A DNA stretch of 64,000 bases from Chrysomallon squamiferum (taxonomy: Eukaryota; Animalia; Mollusca): the NCBI GenBank assembly GCA_012295275.1, contig CM022670.1, positions 3,906,001-3,970,000 of the forward strand. Direction: 5' to 3'. The position numbers were made by a program, and so were the translations under genes. Under the pieces are notes generated by a model. The model did no database searches and was not told the origin of the DNA. It saw nothing but the letters and a program-made list of their open reading frames with translations. Shown piece by piece: positions 57,714 through 64,000 of this stretch (position 1 is the first letter of the stretch; the number at the start of each line of letters is the position of its first letter).

Positions 57714-58786
57714 ATTTTAGAACTCAAGTTTAGATTACTACGCTTACTAACTCGATCGATCATAAATTTCAATATTTTGTGTACAATTATGCAGACTGTA
57801 ATAACGGCGTTGTTTCGTGACATCGTCAGCTGACCACGTATCGATCGCATCGTACGAGCTGGTGTTACGAAGATCTTAAAGGTCAAGGGTCATTAACCTC
57901 ACGATATTCACCAGACGATAAGCAGGAGACGCCAAATTGCTGAAATTGTATTGGTTGCTGTTATTATTATTATTTTTATTTTTATTATTATTATGTTTTT
58001 CTTCTTCTTCTTCTTTATTCGTATTATTTTTTAATATATTTTTTTTATTCTTTTATTATATTTTGAACTTATTTATTGTTTTATTTATTTATTTATTCTT
58101 TAATTTTACTTCTTATTTTCTTGAGTTTGAACGGAAAATAGATATGGTGGTTATCTTCGGTTGCTTGAATAACAATAAAGGTAAAGAATATGGATATACA
58201 TTATCGTGAAATGATAAGCATATGATATTGATATAATCTCTTTTCTTTTTTTCACACATAATACAGAAAATACCATTTACCTTTATTGTGATTTAAGTAG
58301 TCCGACGTTATCTGATTACTATTTAAACCAAACACACACTCACACATACATTAAGTATATCCATCAGCAATAGCAATGGCAACAGTAGCAGTACCAGTGT
58401 AGGCTGTAGTAATAGTAGTAGTGGCATTAGTAGCAGTCGTAGTAATAGATTATACCACTGCAAAACTGATCTGCCTAGTTTATCACAGATTGTTTTTTTA
58501 CACTGGAATGTACGAAATGACGTCACGATATAATGGAAAATGTCATCTTTCATATATTGCTGTGTCATTTTACAGATGTAGTAATCTAATTAAATGACGT
58601 AGACAGACAAAATGTATTTTTAATATATACTCATGTTTCACCCTTTAAACTGTGGTTTCGTTGGAAATACATCATAATTGTGAATTCTGACACTTAATCT
58701 TCTATGACGTCATTCTGATGAAGCACCGAGGACATCATTTCTCTTCATCACGATTTCATGTGTGTGTTGTGTGTATGCATGCATGC

Positions 58787-58819
<33 letters not shown>

Positions 58820-58999
58820 TGTATGTATGTATATGTATGTATGTATGCATGTGTGTGTATATATATATATATATATAGATAGATATATAGATATATATCG
58901 ATACATACATAGATACATACATAGATATACTAACATACATACACACATACATATATAAAATGAAACGAATAGTTTACGAGGAATAATGAACACTGTTTC

Positions 59000-59450
59000 A
59001 AAGTGCAGACGAGGTCGAATCGTGTTCACATTGTGCAGACGTCAATCACACGGTTCGCGCCACTGCACCGCCCGCTGTGTCTGCGATGTCTGTGTTGTAG
59101 ACCGCTACTTATTTTCGTGTAGGTTCGACCCCGGACTCCGTCTTAATGACCATGCATCTGACAGACGTATTAGCACGTCTAGACGCGTGAATGGCCAGAG
59201 CTGGCCGCACAGACCACTGGACGTGGACACGTGGCAGCGCACGCCGAGACTGAGTGACAGGGTTTTAATAAAGCAGTGTGATGTGGCACTTTCTTGTAAT
59301 CGTTATTATTTGATGAGTTCTTTTCACTGAGATGAGTTCTTTTCACTGAGAGATGAGTTGATGGTAGAGTGTCTGCGATGGCTTGCGTAGAGAGATGAGA
59401 TGAGATGGTGGACGTGGCGGGTACCGGTCAGAAGTACTTCGGGACTGTTT
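59000..59450. promoter_or_regulatory. CpG-rich enhancer-like island
   Basis: Dense ACGT-core motifs (GACGTCA, GACGTGG, CACGTG 59228) and no credible coding signal; includes a 19-bp tandem duplication GATGAGTTCTTTTCACTGA. Confidence 0.4.
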
Positions 59451-59552
59451 CTTCTCTTTCACTGGTTTTTTTTTTTTTTCTTTTAAAGATATCATATCAT
59501 AACATTATTGAATATATTCAAATTGCAAATACATAATAATAATAATAATAAT

Positions 59553-59597
<45 letters not shown>

Positions 59598-61005
59598 AAT
59601 AATAATAATAATAAATGAATAAATAATATATCAGATATCATAAAAACAATCAACTGCAGCAACAGCTGCACCAGCAGTAGTAGTAGAGATAGTAATAGTA
59701 GTAATGGTCGTAGTAGGCGTAGTAACAGTAGTAGGGCTGGTAATTGTAACCGTAATACAAGCAGTGATACTTGTATTAGTAGTACCAGCATAGCAATAGT
59801 AGTAGTAGTAATAGTAGTAACAGTAGTAGTAGTAGTAGTAGTAGTTGTAGTAGTAGTAGTAGAAGTAGTAGTAGTTTAGCAGTAGGAGAATAATTTAAAA
59901 CAATTGTGGTTTGTGCTCTCTGTTTTAATGAGGATTTCTTGTTGCTAATATAAAAATGCTGCAGATTTATTTCGACTTCATATTAGTAAATATTATGAAT
60001 ATCAAATAACGCAGAATTTTATATAATAACAGCAGTAGTAACAACAGCAGTAACAGTAGCTGTAACAGTAATATATATCTACCTCTCTCTTTCTCGCCAC
60101 AATTATTTATTTTTAAAATATATCTTTTTTAAAATCTCTCTTGTTGTTGACGTCTATTTCGTCCATGAAAGAGTGACAGAAGTAAAGGTTATGGTTATCA
60201 CAATGTTGTTGTCGACATTGTTATCTGTTTTTTGTTATCATTTACGAAACCACCCATCACAATGTTACACGTTATATATCTCACAGTAAAACGCCTCGTA
60301 GTAAATTACTGTTTCTAGAAAACACCAAACGTTACATTTATCACCCATTCATCAAATATGTTGACCATTAATAATTTTTTATTATTATTTTATTTTATTA
60401 TTATTATTATTATTTATTATTTTTATTTTTTTGACTTTTTTATTTATGAATTATTTTACCAATCTGATCGTTATTTCTCCTTGACTATACTTTGATAGGA
60501 ACACAATCGTATTACAACATGCTGGAACATGCAAGCATTATTTATTTATCGGATATGCAAAGGTTAAGCGTTCTTAATGTTAAAGAAAAATGTCTCTCGA
60601 CATTTATTACGTACAGGGGTGAGATATACATATTAACGCTGTCATGTGATTTGGTCACGGTAACCAGCTGACGTGTCAGTGTATTCCTCCGCCACAAGGC
60701 TCGTGCTGGTGGTTCCCCATTGGCTGCTTTTACACATATCCTGCAGGTTACCACGGTCGCGCAGGTACGCTATTGATTGATCAGGATTTTTGTGTTGTTG
60801 TTGTTGTGAGTGCTGAATTAATGGCTAATCTTGTGCAAGGTTATTTCCTTAGGCAGAGCGAATCATGTGAACGCAACAGTCGCATGCACATTAACAATGA
60901 CACAACGATTTTCGATTTCCCTGAATTAACGGGGTTTTCTTTTTCTTTTTTTTTCTTTCCTTTTTTCTATCATTTATTATTGATGTTTTTTATTATTATT
61001 ATTAT

Positions 61006-61052
<47 letters not shown>

Positions 61053-61419
61053 AATTAATTTAATTTATTGTATATTTATCAATTTTTTTTTTTTTTTTTT
61101 CCTGATAATCATTGAGTCAGATATTTACATCTGTTACGGGTAATAATGTCTGCCATTTTATTTTTGGGAAATGTGCTGTTACTGAACATACTGCTACCGC
61201 TCTACTACTACTACTACTACTACTACTGCTGCTACTACTACTACTGCTACTGCTACTCCAACTATAAGAACTAATAATGATAACAATAATAATAAAAAGA
61301 AGATAAAGATGATGATGATGAATTATTCCTCTTGAAGTTCATTGTAGTCTACAAAATATACTGATTTACCCCAAACACACACACAAAAGAAAAAAGAAAA
61401 CACATACAAACATTTTACG

Positions 61420-61450
61420 ACTACTACTACTATTAACTCTACTACACCTT

Positions 61451-61485
<35 letters not shown>

Positions 61486-61704
61486 TTAACTCTACTACAC
61501 CTTCACTACTACTACTACTACTACTACTATTACTATTAACTCTACTACACCTTCACTACTACTACTACTACTACTACTGCTACTACTACTATTAACTCTA
61601 CTACACCTACTACTACTACTACTATTACTATTAACTCTACTACACCTTCACTACTACTACTACTACTACTACTGCTACTACTACTATTAACTCTACTACA
61701 CCTT

Positions 61705-61736
<32 letters not shown>

Positions 61737-61754
61737 TTACTATTAACTCTACTA

Positions 61755-61786
<32 letters not shown>

Positions 61787-61960
61787 TGCTACTTCACTAC
61801 TACTACTACTATTAACTCTACTACACCTTCACTACTACTACTACTACTGCTACTACTACTACTATTAACTCTACTACACCTTCACTACTACTACTACTAC
61901 TGCTACTACTACTACTACTGCTACTACTACTACTATTAACTCTACTACACCTTCACTATC
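61420..61960. repeat. Variable-unit minisatellite: TATTAACTCTACTACACCTTCA core x10 separated by (CTA)n
   Basis: Cores start at about 61431, 61484, 61534, 61590, 61629, 61686, 61741, 61810, 61863 and 61934. Confidence 0.94.
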
Positions 61961-63140
61961 CCACAACTAATACTTTTATTATCACTACTGATACTAAAAC
62001 TACTAATGCGATCACTATCACCGTCCCACAACTACTCCTACTACAACCACTTTTGCTGTTCCTACACCCACTATTATAACACCAACTACAACTACTACAA
62101 CGGATATATCAGTTGTAACTGTCAGCACTTATAACAAGCACTGTCGGCTCTTCATCTAACGATGCTGTTGACTGTAATTAAAATGGTATTACTGTAAATA
62201 AAGATAACGATTTACAGGAATCAATAAACTATTCTATAAATCTTCTTAGAGATGTACTGCTGTGATTCATTTTCAGCGTGAATTTAGTAACAACCATAGC
62301 AACAGACAACAGCAGTAACAATAATATATATATGTGTGTGTGTGTGTATATATATATATAAAATTATTATTACAGTTACTATATTTCAACGTTTCTGTAC
62401 TACTGATGCTGCTGCTAGTACTACTACTACAGTAATAACAAAAACAACAACAACAACAAATGAATAAATAAATGTTAAGAAAATTAAACTGGTATAATAC
62501 TTTTTTTTAGCTTTCTAATGTTCACATTAATCATTCTGTTTTCACATAATGTTTTTATATAATAGCAATAAAACAACAACAACAATAAAGAAACGATGAT
62601 AACGGACACTAATTCCATTGTCAAAGATTCAAATACGTTTTTATAAGGAAATTTAAATCAGAAAGACAAGAAACCTATGCATTTTCCTATAATATTATAG
62701 TAGTAGTAGTAGTAGTAGAAAATAAATAAATAAATAAATAAATAAATAAATGTCACACTAAATATTGTTTCCACTAAAAAACCCTATAAAATAGTAATAT
62801 TCCAGCTCAGATAATACAGATAAATGAGAGTTGCTCCCCTTCAACTGTACATAAATCTAAATATTTGTTAACTGTGAATATAAAATTAATGGAAAGTAAC
62901 CTAAACTGTATACTACTAAATTGTTACCGTTTTAGCTAAACACAGTTTATCATAAATCGTAAAGTGGTAATAAAGCCATAAATAAATAGATAAAAGATCC
63001 TCATTTTTGCAACCCTTTGCTTTTGCAGACCGTTGAAGCACAAGGATTAAACATTACAAGCGAAAGCGTATTACATATATATTACTGAAATACTTTAAAA
63101 AAATCTACCAGAAATTTAATCGCTATTTTACTTTTTTAAT

Positions 63141-63199
<59 letters not shown>

Positions 63200-63444
63200 T
63201 CATCAAGTCTGAAATTTAAAAATAAATTAAATCAAATTATCCTAAGAATGAGGCTGCCAGTATTTAATCTTCTGTATCGGCGCTTAACTCTTTTAGTCTT
63301 AGCTGAGTACAGAGTTGTTTCCCTTGAACCATCTACCATAAAATGAAATGTGATAAATGCTATTAGTTATAAACGTTATTGCATCAGAAAAATACTCGGT
63401 CAATTAATAATATATATTTGAAGGTATGATATAATATGTATGCA

Positions 63445-63516
63445 AGCAGAGTGGCGCAGTGGAAGCGTGCTGGGCCCATAACCCAGAGGTCCGTGGATCG
63501 AAACCACGCTCTGCTA
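63445..63516 (+). tRNA. tRNA-iMet-CAT: Initiator methionine tRNA, tRNA-iMet(CAT)
   Basis: 72-nt AGCAGAGTGGCGCAGTGGAAGCGTGCTGGGCCCATAACCCAGAGGTCCGTGGATCGAAACCACGCTCTGCTA. Full cloverleaf: acceptor AGCAGAG/CTCTGCT with A1:U72; anticodon stem CTGGG/CCCAG with three G:C pairs; CAT at 63477-63479; T stem CGTGG/CCACG with loop ATCGAAA (A54/A60). These are eukaryotic initiator hallmarks. Confidence 0.98.
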
Positions 63517-63526
63517 AGCAGCACAG

Positions 63527-63530
63527 TTTT
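63527..63530 (+). terminator. Pol III terminator (T4) of the tRNA gene
   Basis: TTTT 10 nt downstream of the tRNA 3' end, with a second T4 at 63535-63538. Confidence 0.7.
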
Positions 63531-64000
63531 ATTGTTTTCTTCAAAACGTATTTAATAATAAGTTACACAAAGGTTTTTTTTTTTTTTTAATTATTATTAT
63601 TATTATTAATTTAATTTAATTTTGTTGTTGTTGTTGTTATATTATATATGGGTGAGTATATGTGTGTGTGTGTATATATATATTTGTATTGTTTGGTAGT
63701 CACAAAACCGAAGTTTACTACTGTAAAATTTGACAAATTTTAGAATTAAACTTGTAAACTGGCCAGATAATGTTTATGGATTTTTTTAATTAAAAATAAA
63801 CACATGACAATAGCAGTTCTATGGATTATCGACTTTATTTCAACAAAATATTTCCACAGAAACAAAAACAGACAAAATTATCACCGACCACTAACAAATA
63901 AAGTATCTGAAGACATCACCTTTCCTTCAGTTTTTAAAATGAAAGTTAAAAATGTACACTGTACAAACATAATTAGTCAATATCAACTAACGATTTAAAA

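Noticed and set aside
59311-59350. TGATGA...CTGA resembling C/D snoRNA boxes
   Set aside because: The boxes are too close together and arise from a 19-bp tandem duplication; no terminal stem.
61420-61960. CRISPR-like repeat/spacer appearance
   Set aside because: Spacers are (CTA)n of variable length, there are no cas genes, and the context is eukaryotic.
62831-62850. Partial resemblance to miR-133 (TTGCTCCCCTTCAAC); also seed-level echoes of miR-31 (~18885), miR-12 (~34170) and bantam (~8894)
   Set aside because: Seed mismatch or divergent 3' half and no precursor hairpin; no conserved miRNA was recognised by eye.

Overview
AT-rich metazoan nuclear DNA (invertebrate-like; the taxon cannot be established from the window), saturated with micro- and minisatellites. 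The only gene I can call confidently is one intact initiator-Met tRNA at 63445-63516 (+). I found no credible protein-coding sequence: the supplied ORFs are mostly translations of simple repeats, and the rest are short ORFs with no recognisable domain. The window reads as a large intergenic or intronic regulatory tract, in which 150-500 bp CpG-containing unique islands alternate with simple-repeat spacers. The islands carry many perfect transcription-factor-type motifs (at least 9 TGACGTCA, 15 CACGTG, 2 DR1, 2 RORE, 3 TTACGTAA). There is a strong promoter-like island at about 55.1-55.5 kb with no visible CDS. Structural features are a diverged ~0.7 kb tandem duplication, two pairs of inverted repeats, several minisatellites, an 84-bp perfect (ACT)/(AGT) palindrome, a tiny Tigger/pogo-like remnant and decayed tRNA-derived (SINE-like) fragments. 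There are no prokaryotic-type systems (CRISPR, operons). I cannot support a claim of a new biological system; the best leads are regulatory or repeat-structural and are graded accordingly. All counts and identities are by eye.
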